Part shown: in pieces, positions 46,001 through 57,495 of the stretch
Layout of the letters: the number at the start of each line of letters is the position of its first letter
Position numbering within the stretch: position 1 is the stretch's first letter
From: Squalus acanthias
Taxonomy: Eukaryota
Length of the DNA stretch: 64,000 bases
Assembly (NCBI GenBank): GCA_030390025.1
Contig: JASTWF010000358.1
Coordinates: 186,001-250,000 of the forward strand
Reading direction: 5' to 3'
Made by a program: the position numbers and the translations under genes
The notes under the pieces: generated by a model
Database searches by the model: none
Told to the model about the DNA's origin: nothing
The model's input: only the letters and a program-made list of their open reading frames with translations

Positions 46001-46345
46001 TACTACCTCGCCTTTTTCACTCTTAGCCCCCCAGAGACAGTGATTTCTGAGGTCCACAAGGATCCCGTGCCCTGATAGGAGATCGGACCCGAGGATACCT
46101 CTTCCACCCCCCTCCTGCCATTCCATCAGTATGCACTTCCACTTGAGGTGACGTGCTCCCAAACGAATGGATAGCGGAAGGGAGAACGCGCCAGCCTGTT
46201 CTTTTCCCGTGAACCCCGCTAATGTGAATGGGACCTTGGTAGATAGCGGCGAGTCAAAAGGGCTATCTGTATGATTTACGGTGCAAGAAGCTCCCGTGTC
46301 CAACAAATAACTACCCTTCTGTTTCTCTACCTCCATCTCCACCAA
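42254..46345 (-). CDS. pol: A4 Pol (PR-RT-RH-IN core) fused in frame to ~275 satellite-derived codons
   Basis: Viral part 43082-46345 is open with the DDE triad retained. The GPY motif and tail are lost. Confidence 0.8.
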   Translation of the reverse strand: MVEMEVEKQKGSYLLDTGASCTVNHTDSPFDSPLSTKVPFTLAGFTGKEQAGAFSLPLSIRLGARHLKWKCILMEWQEGGGRGILGSDLLSGHGILVDLRNHCLWGAKSEKGEVVVIPGEEETGVLCTMQPSGGYDLGLMVADVPTDMQTYVSDNMHAFATHKHNCGRVTGFEVSVDGDPMTRPQKQYNFPKEAEPDMETAMSSLVQQGVLRPIATHVNSPLWPVRKPDNSWRATVDYRVLKSNIPACAPTVAAVADLIGSIPASATTFTVLDISNGFWSIPLRREDQYKFAFTFKGQQYTWNCLPQGFNNSPSIFHQCMAGSLKEFSQPNQIVQYVDDLLLFTDSREEHGPLLDKLLELLARKGFKINPKKARIGQQEVKFLGLTIRAGERAIDKARRESVQELPIPNNIRGVRSFLGLTGYCRDFIEDYAATAAPLLRLLHKGVEWSWDEGCQAAFEKLKRDLQTAPALGAIDGGKEIFLEVAASGDSLSAVLLQERHGKLRPVVYSSRVLTDVERSFSNCERHLLATHWAVKRSAIFTGLSPITLLTHHTPTKMLLDGRIKDGTVSGVRIARWTLLLSQMDLRVKGLCEPRLAANLVYPGTAHRCSVEGVWDVNIGLRAGIHPTGREIYVDGSSTVSAGERLTGCGVYDLAANLALAIKLPSTMSAQQAELSAVVYVVTHPDLFPTPYTICSDSMFTCNSCTEYLAIWSRRGYTSADGRPLTVKPLLEKILAAVGEEGEIFIHKVKAHSSTEPRGEGNQQADALAREGARNGIFWDPYGTRPMAAIQGSDGNPGNSRVALPLDLKTVQTQDPALKAVLKTIAEGKQVEGPYSTATLSVKEGMLFREEQWVVPQQHRREFLQLAHEGPGAGHPGPEATWQRVEQAGWWPGLREQVREFCANCLVCAANNPDPQKRKVPMGHVRRVEGPWQSIQIDYIGPLPTTQGGYKYCLVLVDVFSKWVEPFPCRTATALGTAKILVREVFSRWGLPRFVESDQGSHFTGQVMQNTLMLLCIEGKWHVAHNPQSSGIVERMNRTLKEKLRKETRNSPQKWAEVLPLVLMGVRASQSKSTGYSPHEVMTGRLMRTSGTLPLSGTKPLSGTMPLYETLSLWDSLSVWHSVYLGLSLSLRDSVSLRLCLSLGLCISGTLSHWDSAPLGHCLSWDSASLWDTASFWDSASMGLFLSLALCLSGTLSLMGLCLSLGHSLFLGLCLYGTLPLSGTLSLWDAVSLCEFVSLGLCLSLGLCLYGTLALSGSLSLWASASFWDSASLWDTASLWDSVSLGLCLSTGLCLSGTHYPLALCLSGTISLSQGLWISGTLPLSGTLSLWDSATLWDTVSLGHCLSLRHSLSTSATPWDTVSL

Positions 46346-46405
46346 AGGTCGCTTCCACGCATCATAGCTGAGCGGACACAGGTAGACGGGCTGCGCGGGC
46401 TCTAG

Positions 46406-48214
46406 TCATTGGGTACTATTAGACGGTCCTGCGGCACCTACGGGGCCGGTAGCAACCGCCACCTTTCCATGTGCACTCATGAATTTGCGCATGGCTCCCA
46501 ACACTGATTCGAGGTCGTCGGGAGGGGTGGGTGCACTAGCTTCCCTAGCAGGGACAGGCGTCTGGGCTCGGGCTGCGGGAATTTTATCCCTGGAATCCTT
46601 CCAAGGGTTCCTACAGTTCTTGCGCCAGTGCCCTGTCTTCCCACACCCGTAACAAGCATTACTTGCCTGCGGGGCGCGATTACCCTCCTGATGCCACTCC
46701 CTTTGATACGGGGCTGCGGGTCGTACCTCATGTACTTTTCCCTTAAGGGGACGTGTTCCCATACCCCTTATATTGCGATATCCTAACGTGAGTCGATTCA
46801 AGACCGACTCTTCCGTAATGTTGGGGTCATTGGGATCAAACCATGCTTTTGCCTGCTCTCTGACGGCTGGTAAACTGTTGGCTACTATGCACCTAAGCCA
46901 ATGATTTAAACCGGCGCCGTCCATATCGTCGCGCTCTAGCGCACCTAGACAGCTGCGCTGATATACTGGCCACAGCCTGTCGGCAAAAACCTTCAGGGGT
47001 TCTCCCTCCATCTGCACTGTCTGTCCCACTCTAGCAAACGGACCTTCATCGTCCGCCCCCAACACTTCCAGGACCTCATTCTTCAATGCCTCATAAGTCT
47101 TGGTTCCCCTCTTGCTCTCGCCCGAGAGACACTGAAGGATTGAACTGCCTAACGAAAACAACAGCATTTTTGCTGTTTCCCCATCATCGCAGCCGTTAAT
47201 GGCTGCGGTTTGCTCAACTTCTCTGAAATGTACGGAAGGGTCGTCTAACTCGGTCAGCTTCCGTACATGATTTATCATAACTCTCAGCTGGTGTGAGCTG
47301 TGAGGCAACACAAGCTGGCCGAGGAGATCCCCTGGTTCCTCCCCACCGTTTCTGTTTGGGCCCCTTTTTATACCCGTTACTGGATACAACGGTCCCTTTT
47401 CCACTTCTTTCTCAATGGGCTCTTTCGTTTCTTCCACTACTTCCTCCCTTACCCAGGTTTCCGAATAGCTGGGTGGCGCGGAGGGCGCAGTGGCTAATAC
47501 TTCCTCTGCTTTACTTGGTGGGGACTTCTGAAACTCCTCTTTTACTAGCGGCTGGTGTGCTGACGGACTGATAAGGCACACCATGCCGTGCGCTTTGTTC
47601 ACGGCCTTTTTGAGGTGCTCTATCTCTTTTTGGCAGGCGCTATGATCGGCCCCCTGAAACTTATCCTCAAGGGCCAACTTATATGCCGCCCTAACCCCCG
47701 TTAAGCTCTCTTCCTGAGTTCTTATCTGGGCAGCTTGGCGGGCACATCGTTCCTTTAGTCTGCCCTCACTTAACTTTGCCTCAGTGACCTGACACTCGAG
47801 GTAATCTATCCTTGTTTTATGGTGACTGGAGATTTCCTGGCGTTCTTGGTGCAGCGCACTTAAATTCCTAATGAGCAACTCCCCTCCAGAGACCTTCTCA
47901 TCCATTTCTCCCTCTAAATGACTGATTCGAGCTGTTCGCGCTGTAATGACCTGGTTTGAAATCTGGACCTGTCTTTTGTAACACATTAGCCAGACTGCTT
48001 TCTCAATTGTCTTTTTATGTTCTTTACTATCTGTCCACCTTTCGGCTGCCTCTAGTGGACTCTTATCCGCTAACAATTCACTTATCCATTTCTTAGTTAG
48101 ATTAACCTTTCCGAACACATAATCTGCTATCTTTTCCTGCATAACATTTCGTACAGTCACACCAAAGTCTAACACACTACCCTCTCGCCGCCAGTGTCCT
48201 GCCGCGGTCGCCAT
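46406..48214 (-). CDS. gag: Gag of A4, 602 aa, intact
   Basis: Same protein as 57496-59304; CCHC knuckle. Confidence 0.93.
   Translation of the reverse strand: MATAAGHWRREGSVLDFGVTVRNVMQEKIADYVFGKVNLTKKWISELLADKSPLEAAERWTDSKEHKKTIEKAVWLMCYKRQVQISNQVITARTARISHLEGEMDEKVSGGELLIRNLSALHQERQEISSHHKTRIDYLECQVTEAKLSEGRLKERCARQAAQIRTQEESLTGVRAAYKLALEDKFQGADHSACQKEIEHLKKAVNKAHGMVCLISPSAHQPLVKEEFQKSPPSKAEEVLATAPSAPPSYSETWVREEVVEETKEPIEKEVEKGPLYPVTGIKRGPNRNGGEEPGDLLGQLVLPHSSHQLRVMINHVRKLTELDDPSVHFREVEQTAAINGCDDGETAKMLLFSLGSSILQCLSGESKRGTKTYEALKNEVLEVLGADDEGPFARVGQTVQMEGEPLKVFADRLWPVYQRSCLGALERDDMDGAGLNHWLRCIVANSLPAVREQAKAWFDPNDPNITEESVLNRLTLGYRNIRGMGTRPLKGKVHEVRPAAPYQREWHQEGNRAPQASNACYGCGKTGHWRKNCRNPWKDSRDKIPAARAQTPVPAREASAPTPPDDLESVLGAMRKFMSAHGKVAVATGPVGAAGPSNSTQ
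48196..48213 (-). promoter_or_regulatory. Primer-binding site, tRNA-Arg (A4)
   Basis: Same 18-mer as the other family A copies. Confidence 0.85.
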
Positions 48215-48218
48215 TTTC

Positions 48219-49901
48219 TGTAAGTGTTTGCGAGCGTGTCTCTCAGCCTGTGAGATTCGCGTGGCTCTTTGCAGCCTGTATGTCAGTGCGGGTTTAGGCC
48301 TTGTTGCCTGTTCTGGTCTCCAGCCAGTCTGGGAGCACTAGACACACCTGTGAGTGGTTCGAATCACTCGCCCTTACGGTTCTAGACACTGGACTTAGAT
48401 GCGAGAGCAGTAATGGAGATGAAACTCATGTAGACTCGGTTGAATGGTACGAAATGGAAAATCTTTATTGCATAATATTTAAGATTACGAAATACATGTC
48501 ATAAGCACAGATTAATGACAGTACAATCTTACACGCAGTTATGTAACTAATTCTAGGGAAACGAGGAACGAACGACACACCGTAAATGGGGGCACACATT
48601 ACAATTATCCTTAATACTTGAACCCTCCCCTATCAATATCTGTCCTAGCTAGATTCGTAGGATTCGAGACTCATGCTCACCACTCGTGATAACTCGGAGA
48701 AATTCCGAATAGCTGATCCGATGTTTTTCACCGCAGCACCCACGTGTCGATCAGGGGGTCTCCTGGCCCCACTTGTTTACTTGCTTCTGCTCCGGCTAGC
48801 AGGCTGGAACGTCTGTTGTTATGAAGATCTGTGTTTGTGGGTTTCACGTACCAGTCAACACTTAAGAGAATAATCTCTCGGTGTCCGTCAAGAGGATCTG
48901 CACTGATGGGTTTCACAGACCAGTCAATACTTCAAAGAAGAATCTTCCGGGGTCCGTTCTTTAAAGTTCAAAGAAGTCTTCCTGGCAAGGAAAAATGTCT
49001 ATTCGACCTACAGGCGCGGTCGGGGCTTACTGACCGTGGCGATAAGTATGGTCTTCGTCTCTTCTCATCTCATCTCATCTCTTCTCGGGCCTTTGGTTCC
49101 GATGCCGGTTACCAACACAGGTTTTCGTGACACGACACGAGGTAGATCCGAACGGATCACAAAGTTCAACAGTCTTTTGAAAAAAAAAAGACACCAGGCA
49201 AACAGGAACAAGACGGCGAGTCAAGAACACAGGAGCAGCCACGAGGATGAAGAGTCAATCGGATAAAAGAGAGATGGACGGTTTGGGGCTTGCAATTATA
49301 GTGCAAAATCTTCCGTTTCCCGCCCAACCTTAATGTCTTTTCTTTTGTTTGGGTTTGGCGCTCAAATGTCTTGTATAGGTGATTTCCGTTTTTAATGGGT
49401 TTCGGGGCTACTCGTAAATGTCTGAGTACCTGTTAATATTTCTCCCATTGTTAAATCGGTCGGTGTTCCCCCTGGAGGGGTTTTGGGGCCTCCAAGTGTT
49501 TTCTGTAACTACCCGCTAACGGCTCTCTCATCGTAGAGTCGTTGGGATTTTACATATTAATGTCTTTGGATGGGCTCTTGATTACCTGGTACAATAGCTT
49601 TCATTCATACCTGGGAGACCGATTTCAGTATTTATGTTTATACTGTAAACCCATGATGTCTCGTGTATTATCTTCAATGTGCTGAATCTTAATCGATCTT
49701 GCACAAATGTTTATTGGAACGCCATCTTGTCTGCCTGTCGAAAAGTCTAGAATGTTCCGCCACGAGGTGCGGCGGCCATTTTACAAGCTGCTTGTGTCCA
49801 CTTTGAAACCTGACAGCATTCCGCTGAAATAAAAGCTGTTTGAACGAAACTCTGTGTTTTTCTCCTTATTAATAAAATCGCGATATATTGCGAATTCTAC
49901 A
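48219..49901 (-). repeat. Shared LTR (3' LTR of A5 and 5' LTR of A4)
   Basis: Preceded by a PPT and followed by a PBS, with no TSD or flanking DNA on either side. Confidence 0.95.
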
Positions 49902-50348
49902 GTCCCTCCTGTTGATGCAAATAACTCCGCTTATCGTATCAAAAATATAGTGGTGAGCAATATTATCTCGATTTTCTCCGAATCCAGAAAATTAATCCCA
50001 TAACTTAAACTAGCTAGGGTCTTTGTGTCGTCCTTATTTCCCAAGAAGATTACATTTTATAGCACCGTAGGCATTATTTGCCTTTAAACTTACACCACTT
50101 GTTTTCCTTCCCGGTGTAATCAGGCCGATGCCTCTCGTATCACCTGTATATTCATCTTTTATTCAGGGAAAGGAAAAACAAAACCCAAAACCAAACAATC
50201 ATTTTTAACTATAACACCATCACCAAAATAATCAACACCAACTCTTAAAACATGTCGAGTTCCCAACGTATTTACAGTCTTTGAAAATCATGATCGAGTA
50301 CAAACTTCCGCGGCGCACGTGGCGAGCGGGAGCGACGCCATTTTCCGA

Positions 50349-52815
50349 TTACACGGTGCTTTCGTCGTGCACGCGCACGTAACGTTCTCGCCACTCTCCC
50401 GTGTTTTCATGCTTGGTGAGGCGTTTGTCTCTTTTACAATGTACGACCAATAGGTACACTACAATAAAAACTTGGCATACGACTAAAATGTGGGAGGCTA
50501 TCCTGATCCATGAAGGCACTTCAATATTGGTGAACAGATTCCACCACGGTGGAATTACTATATCCAGAATGTCTGTCCCTATATCGACAGTTTTCTGCTC
50601 TAATGTGTAAAAATGTTTCTGTGACACCGCGACGGCTTTTAAAAGCTTGGTGAGGTGTTCAGGGAGAGGGGGAATGAGGTATCCGAAATGCGCGACGAAT
50701 CGCTGCAAGTCGGTGAAATTCTCTTTTACCGCTAGATGAACAGTGGATGGTTCAGGGATTGGGACAATTCGCTGTTGTGCTACTTGAACTTCCGCCCTGG
50801 GTTTGAAACAGAAACTGCTGTCACTCACCGGACACCGGCTACGGTTTCCATGCTGGTAGTGTTGCGCTGCAGTGGTAACACAATATGTTCCACCCCCGAT
50901 GTATGCTACCTGCGGAGGCACATGATCTTGTGCCATTGCCTCCATGGTGCAATTCATGGACTTGGCGCCAGCCGTTCTGAACCCGCACTGTGGTGTTAAA
51001 AAGGCATTCAAGTGCTGGGGACACAGGATTATGTGTGCTCCCCTGCCACGACAACCAGATAGATCTGTACCTGTCATCGTTTGCTCCCAGCGGATGACGT
51101 AAGGTGGAACCGCTGCATAGCGAATGTGGGCTCCCCCCTGAATGACACCAATGTTCTCTACCCGATACACCGGGGCGGGCTTTGCTGTGTCGCCCAAAAC
51201 CGGCATACGTAAAACTATACCCATAATGGTATGGTTTGATCGTCCGCAGTCCACGGGGACTGGGTATGCTTCTGAAGCTAGCCTGAGCTGGCACGGGCTT
51301 AATGCGTTCTGAAAAGGGTGGAGCGCCCGCAGGTGTTTGTTACTTATCCAGGACGGGACCAAACCTTGTTTTAAATCCTCCAAATTACTGCGGCCCTCGC
51401 CCAGTAACCACGCCCCGTAAAGCACGCACACCTCATTCTGCGCAGCTTGATCGGATGCATTACGATCTTCCCTAATCAGGGCATTTACCGTCTTTGCATG
51501 TTTCTCTAACTCTGCTATAATTTCCTTTAAATGGAGAGTCATGGCTTGGTCCTCGTGTAAACCCGACCCTGCCACTTTATTCTCATCTGTTAGAATGTCT
51601 TTTAATTGCGTCTTTAAACCATTAATCTGGGTCTGCAGCTCCACACTGTCTAGAGCGTTGACCACACATGTACCTGTGTTGAAAGCAGTGAACTCGTCGT
51701 TCACAACACCCCTTCTTTGTCTCCCTACTTGATCCAAAACTTCATGTGGTGCGGTGTACAAACTTGTTTTATCAATTTCCGCGAAATCGAATTCGTAAAA
51801 TTGTCTGAACATCTTGGTCAACAGGACCTGATATAACTGTTCCGTCTTTTTGGGGCACCACTCTGGTAACCGCACCTCGGTGAGATTTAAAATCACCGAG
51901 GCCACCGCGTAATGTACCCCCTGAAATAGTATCTGGTCTGTGGGGACCAGTACCAAACCATTCCCGGGTCCCTTCCTAGTTTTAGGGCACCCTTCCTCTT
52001 CAGCTAGAACCACCGGAATCGTGGGCGGGGCTTTGCGTGGGCGCGTAATGAGTTCAGTGGCATTTACCGGGATCGAAGAGTATGGGGCTCCGCACCCCCT
52101 GGTGCTCGCATCCCACCTCATCCCCTGTCCGTTATCCTGCCATTGATTAATGAAAAATATGGATATGCCTTTGGGGCAAGCGTACTTTGACCCCCACATG
52201 CATACATAAATTCCCTCATCCGGTTCCCACCATTTGTCCCAACAGACTCTCACTTGTCCGTTTGTCCCCGTAATTGTCCGATGGGTTTTTGCTCAGCTTT
52301 CGCAGCCACCACCATCGGCTCAATGGGACATTCCCACTACAAGTCAAACAAATCCGTTTGCCGACGGTGACGCTGATCCTGGGTGCGATGATCCTTACTT
52401 TGGGGCACAGTAAAGAAGTCTCTTGGTAGGCAAACCCCGATGTGCTGGAATACTCAGTTGAGTTCGTTCCCAGCCATCCTGGCCACCTTCCCTTGTGGAA
52501 ATAGGTGGTGGTCTCCTCAGCCTCCCGTCTTCCGGTCCCATCCACCGCGATGGGGGCCGTGTCCCCGGAGCATCCAAACACCACGACATCCTTGGTGCGG
52601 CCTCGATAGGCCAATCCACATCCGATTGCCGCGAGCAATACTAGAATTCGTTCCATCCTTCCTTGGTTCCTGTGATCAGATAGAATGAGGTAGCCAGCCT
52701 CGCAAGAGTCTCTGGCTTTTGTGAAGGGTGAGCGGGTCCCCTGACCTCGCCTCACGTAAACTTCAATGCTCGCTGAAAAAACTTTAACTAAACCTATCTC
52801 TAAAGCTCCCATCAT
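50349..52815 (-). pseudogene. env: env of A5 split by a 44-bp deletion near 52286, within the Ig-like domain
   Basis: ORFs 52216-52815 and 50349-52253 match the A3 env. The missing segment corresponds to 21975-22018. Confidence 0.9.
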
Positions 52816-52959
52816 TTTACCGTTTTCTGTTAAAATTAAACTACAAACTTAACCTTATTTAAAACTATAAACTTTTAACCTTATCTAAAACTTATAAACT
52901 TAGAAACCTATCCTAAACTTATTACTGTACAGCGCCGCCCGTTCTCAGGGCGGCCCCCT

Positions 52960-55900
52960 TTAAATTCTGAGAAGGCTGCTGCGAGCTCTTCCCGACGGTG
53001 GGAGGGCTCTGACCTTTTCCTCTGATCTGCCGCAGCCTGTTGCTGCACTGACCCCTTCCTCTGATCTGTCGCAGCCTGTAGCTGCACTGACCCCTTCCTC
53101 TGATCTGCCGCAGCCTGTTGCTGCTGCGATGGGACCGGGCTGTATCTGGGCTGCCTTAACCTTGAGTCTACGCCTTGGGACAGTCTGGGGCCATACCCAC
53201 ATCTTCCTGGGCTGGGGTTCTCTACTTGACCTACGAGGAGTTGTCGGGGGCAGGAATCCAATGACCGACGGACCGGGTTCCGAGATTTCCATCGGGACGA
53301 CCTGTGGTTCCACCACAGTCGCTGACTCCGCCTCCGCTGACTCCGCCTCCCTAACCTCGGGACTTGCAGCTTGTGGCTCCGCCCTGCTCGGCCCAGCAGG
53401 CGGCCCTTCACTCGCGATCCCTGCCTCCCCCGAGGGCGGGACGTTCAAAGCGGGCGGCTCAGGCTCGGAGGTTCTCACCGTCACTCCCTGTGGTCCCACA
53501 GCGGCTGGCTCCGCCTCCCCTAGCTCCTCCATCCTGTGTTCGGGACCTGCAGCTTGTGGCTCCGCCCTGTGCGGATCTCCATCTGCAGTCCGTGTCCTCC
53601 CTATACCTAAAATGGGGACGCCCCTTACGTTCCCCAAAACCCACTCGCCTTCATCACTATCCTCATCTGACTCCCATCCCCACAAAATGCTTCATGATCT
53701 TCCAGGATGTCTCCTTCACTGATGCAAACTGCTTTGCCTGCCTGTGTGCCTTGTGGTCCTACCTGGGGCTGCGCTCCCCCACTCGCGGGGTTTAGCCCTG
53801 TGGTTTTCCCTTGCGCACCTGGCTTGTACAGTTTGCACTGGTTTACATGGAACCACTTAGTGCGCCGAGGTACCTTTACGGCGTATACCATGGGACTCGC
53901 CTTATCTACAATGTTGTAGGGTCCCATATACAGTGGTTCCAGACTCCCTACTCTGGCGTAGTTTCTGACCATGACCTGGTCTCCTACTTCCCACTCCCGC
54001 GTTTTACGGGGTTCCAGCAACAGGCGATTGCCCTGATGCTGCCTTCCCATGTTCCCAGCCGCCTGCTCATACACCTGTCTGAGGCGCTCCAAGAGGGTCT
54101 GGGCGAACTTGTCCCTGCTTATCTCTTGGAGCTGACCCTCAGTGAGCACCGGCGCTAGCACATGGGTGGGGGTTCGCATGAGCCTCCCAGTCATCACCTC
54201 GTGCGGGGAGTACCCTGTACTTTTTGACTGACTGGCCCGGACCCCCATGAGGACTAAAGGCAGAACTTCCGCCCATTTTTGGGGCGAGTTCCGAGTCTCT
54301 TTCCTCAATTTCTCCTTCAGGGTCCGGTTCATGCGTTCAACAATCCCGGATGACTGGGGATTGTGTGCTACGTGCCACTTCCCTTCAATGCACAAAAGCA
54401 TGAGGGTGTTCTGCATCACCTGGCCGGTGAAATGGCTCCCTTGGTCTGACTCCACAAAACGGGGAAGTCCCCACCGCGAGAACACTTCCCGGACCAAGAT
54501 TTTTTGCAGTACCCAGTGCCGTAGCTGTTCGACAGGGGAAGGGTTCCACCCATTTGGAAAACACATCCACCAAGACGAGGCAGTATTTATAGCCTCCCTG
54601 GGTGGTAGGCAGGGGCCCTATATAGTCGATCTGTATCGACTGCCATGGTCCCTCTACCCTTCTTACGTGTCCCATGGGCACTTTCCTTTTCTGGGGGTCT
54701 GGGTTGTTTGCAGCGCACACAAGACAGTTTGCACAGAACTCGCGGACTTGTTCCCTGAGCCCTGGCCACCATCCCGCTTGCTCTACCCGTTGCCAGGTAG
54801 CCTCGGGCCCGGGGTGCCCTGCCCCTGGTCCCTCGTGAGCCAACTGGAGGAATTCCCTCCTGTGCTGCTGCGGCACAACCCACTGCTCCTCGCGGAACAG
54901 CATGCCTTCCTTAACTGAGAGGGTTGCCGTACTGTACGGACCCTCTACCTGCTTCCCCTCAGCAATGGTTTTTAGGACTGCTTTTAGGGCAGGATCCTGG
55001 GTTTGGACGGTCTTAAGGTCTAGGGGCAATGCTACCCTGGAGTTCCCGGGATTCCCGTCACTGCCTTGGATCGCTGCCATGGGTCTGGTCCCATAGGGGT
55101 CCCAGAAAATGCCGTTGCGGGCACCTTCCCTGGCTAGCGCATCCGCCTGCTGGTTGCCCTCCCCACGGGGCTCTGTGGAGGAGTGAGCTTTCACCTTATG
55201 GATGAAAATCTCCCCTTCCTCCCCAACTGCTGCTAGGATCTTTTCCAGCAAGGGCTTCACCGTTAAAGGTCGCCCGTCCGCGGAGGTGTATCCACGGCGG
55301 GACCAAATGGCCAGGTATTCCGTACACGAATTGCATGTGAACATACTGTCCGAGCAAATCGTGTATGGGGTTGGGAAAAGGTCTGGGTGGGTAACAACGT
55401 ACACCACGGCAGACAGCTCAGCCTGCTGCGCGCTCATGGTGCTAGGGAGCTTGATCGCCAGGGCAAGGTTTGCCGCAAGGTCATAAACTCCACACCCTGT
55501 GAGTCGTTCGCCAGCAGATACTGTGCTAGAACCATCAACATAAATCTCGCGCCCAGTGGGATGTATCCCGGCCCGCAAACCTATGTTGACGTCCCACACC
55601 CCTTCCACCGAACACCGGTGGGCTGTACCGGGGTATACCAAATTGGCCGCAAGCCTGGGCTCGCAAAGACCTTTTACTCTAAGATCCATCTGGGAAAGAA
55701 GAAGGGTCCAGCGCGCAATACGCACGCCGCTTACGGTCCCATCTTTAATCCTCCCATCTAGAAGCATCTTAGTTGGTGTGTGATGGGTGAGGAGAGTGAT
55801 GGGAGAGAGACCTGTGAAAATCGCTGATCTTTTCACAGCCCAATGCGTGGCTAAAAGGTGCCTTTCGCAATTGGAGAAACTTCTCTCCACATCCGTTAAC

Positions 55901-57435
55901 ACTCTGGACGAATAGACAACCGGCCTCAGCTTGCCGTGACGCTCTTGGAGCAGCACAGCGCTCAAGCTGTCCCCGCTGGCAGCTACCTCCAGGAAAATCT
56001 CCTTCCCCCCATCTATGGCCCCTAAGGCTGGCGCGGTCTGCAGATCCCTTTTTAACTTCTCGAAGGCTGCTTGGCAGCCCTCGTCCCAAGACCACTCTAC
56101 TCCCTTATGGAGGAGTCGGAGGAGCGGCGCCGCTGTGGCCGCATAGTCTTCGATAAAATCCCTGCAGTAACCGGTCAGTCCCAAGAAGGACCTCACACCC
56201 CTTATGTTGTTAGGAATTGGTAACTCTTGCACCGACTCCCTCCTAGCTTTGTCTATGGCTCTTTCCCCAGCGCGAATGGTCAGTCCCAGGAATTTTACTT
56301 CCTGCTGACCGATACGTGCTTTCTTTGGATTTATTTTAAAACCCTTTCTCGCTAGCAGCTCCAATAACTCGTCCAGCAGTGGTCCATGCTCCTCCCTTGA
56401 ATCCGTAAATAGGAGCAAATCATCCACGTACTGCACTATCTGATTGGGCTGACTAAACTCCTTTAAACTTCCTGCCATACACTGATGGAAAATACTGGGG
56501 CTATTGTTGAAACCCTGTGGCAGACAGTTCCATGTGTACTGTTGTCCTTTGAAAGTAAAGGCAAACTTGTACTGGTCCTCTCGCCGCAGCGGGATGGACC
56601 AAAAACCGTTCGAGATATCCAGCACCGTGAACGTGGTCGCGGACGCTGGGATACTCCCTATTAGGTCAGCAACTGCTGCTACCGTGGGCGCGCAGGCGGG
56701 AATGTTACTTTTAAGGACTCTGTAGTCCACCGTGGCCCTCCACGAATTATCCGGCTTCCTAACCGGCCATAATGGGGAGTTCACGTGTGTGGCTATCGGC
56801 CTCAACACGCCCTGCTGCACCAAGGAGGACATTGCTGTCTCCATATTGGGTTCTGCTTCTTTGGGGAAGTTATACTGCTTTTGGGGCCGGGTCATGGGGT
56901 CCCCATCTACGCTGACCTCAAACCCGGTAACCCTCCCACAATCGTGCTTGTGGGTTGCAAACGCGTGCATATTATCTGACACGTACGTTTGCATGTCCGT
57001 TGGGACATCTGCGACCATAAGCCCGAGGTCGTAGCCTCCGGATGGCTGCATGGTACACAGGACCCCTGTTTCTTCCTCCCCCGGAATCACTACTACCTCG
57101 CCTTTTTCACTCTTAGCCCCCCAGAGACAGTGATTTCTGAGGTCCACAAGGATCCCATGCCCTGATAGGAGATCGGACCCGAGGATACCTCTTCCACCCC
57201 CCTCCTGCCATTCCATCAGTATGCACTTCCACTTGAGGTGACGTGCTCCCAAACGAATGGATAGCGGAAGGGAGAACGCGCCAGCCTGTTCTTTTCCCAT
57301 GAACCCCGCTAATGTGAATGGGACCTTGGTAGATAGCGGCGAGTCAAAAGGGCTATCTGTATGATTTACGGTGCAAGAAGCTCCCGTGTCCAACAAATAA
57401 CTACCCTTCTGTTTCTCTACCTCCATCTCCACCAA
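52960..57435 (-). pseudogene. pol: pol of A5 with homopolymer frameshifts near 54500 (+1) and 53686 (-1)
   Basis: ORFs 54385-57435, 53625-54566 and 52960-53685 tile the full Pol. T6 here versus T5 in A4 at the first site. Confidence 0.9.
53010..53126 (-). repeat. 3 x 39-bp coding tandem repeat in the A5 pol tail
   Basis: AATGC(G/D)RSEEGVS-like unit repeated three times; single copy in A1, A2 and A3. Confidence 0.85.
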
Positions 57436-57495
57436 AGGTCGCTTCCACGCATCATAGCTGAGCGGACACAGGTAGACGGGCTGCGCGGGCTCTAG

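Larger units (their letters stand above)
43082..49901 (-). mobile_element. Family A copy A4: LTR-gag-pol truncated within integrase, tandem with A5
   Basis: LTR 48219-49901, PBS, intact gag, and pol ending GRLMRT joined to satellite at a GG microhomology. Confidence 0.93.
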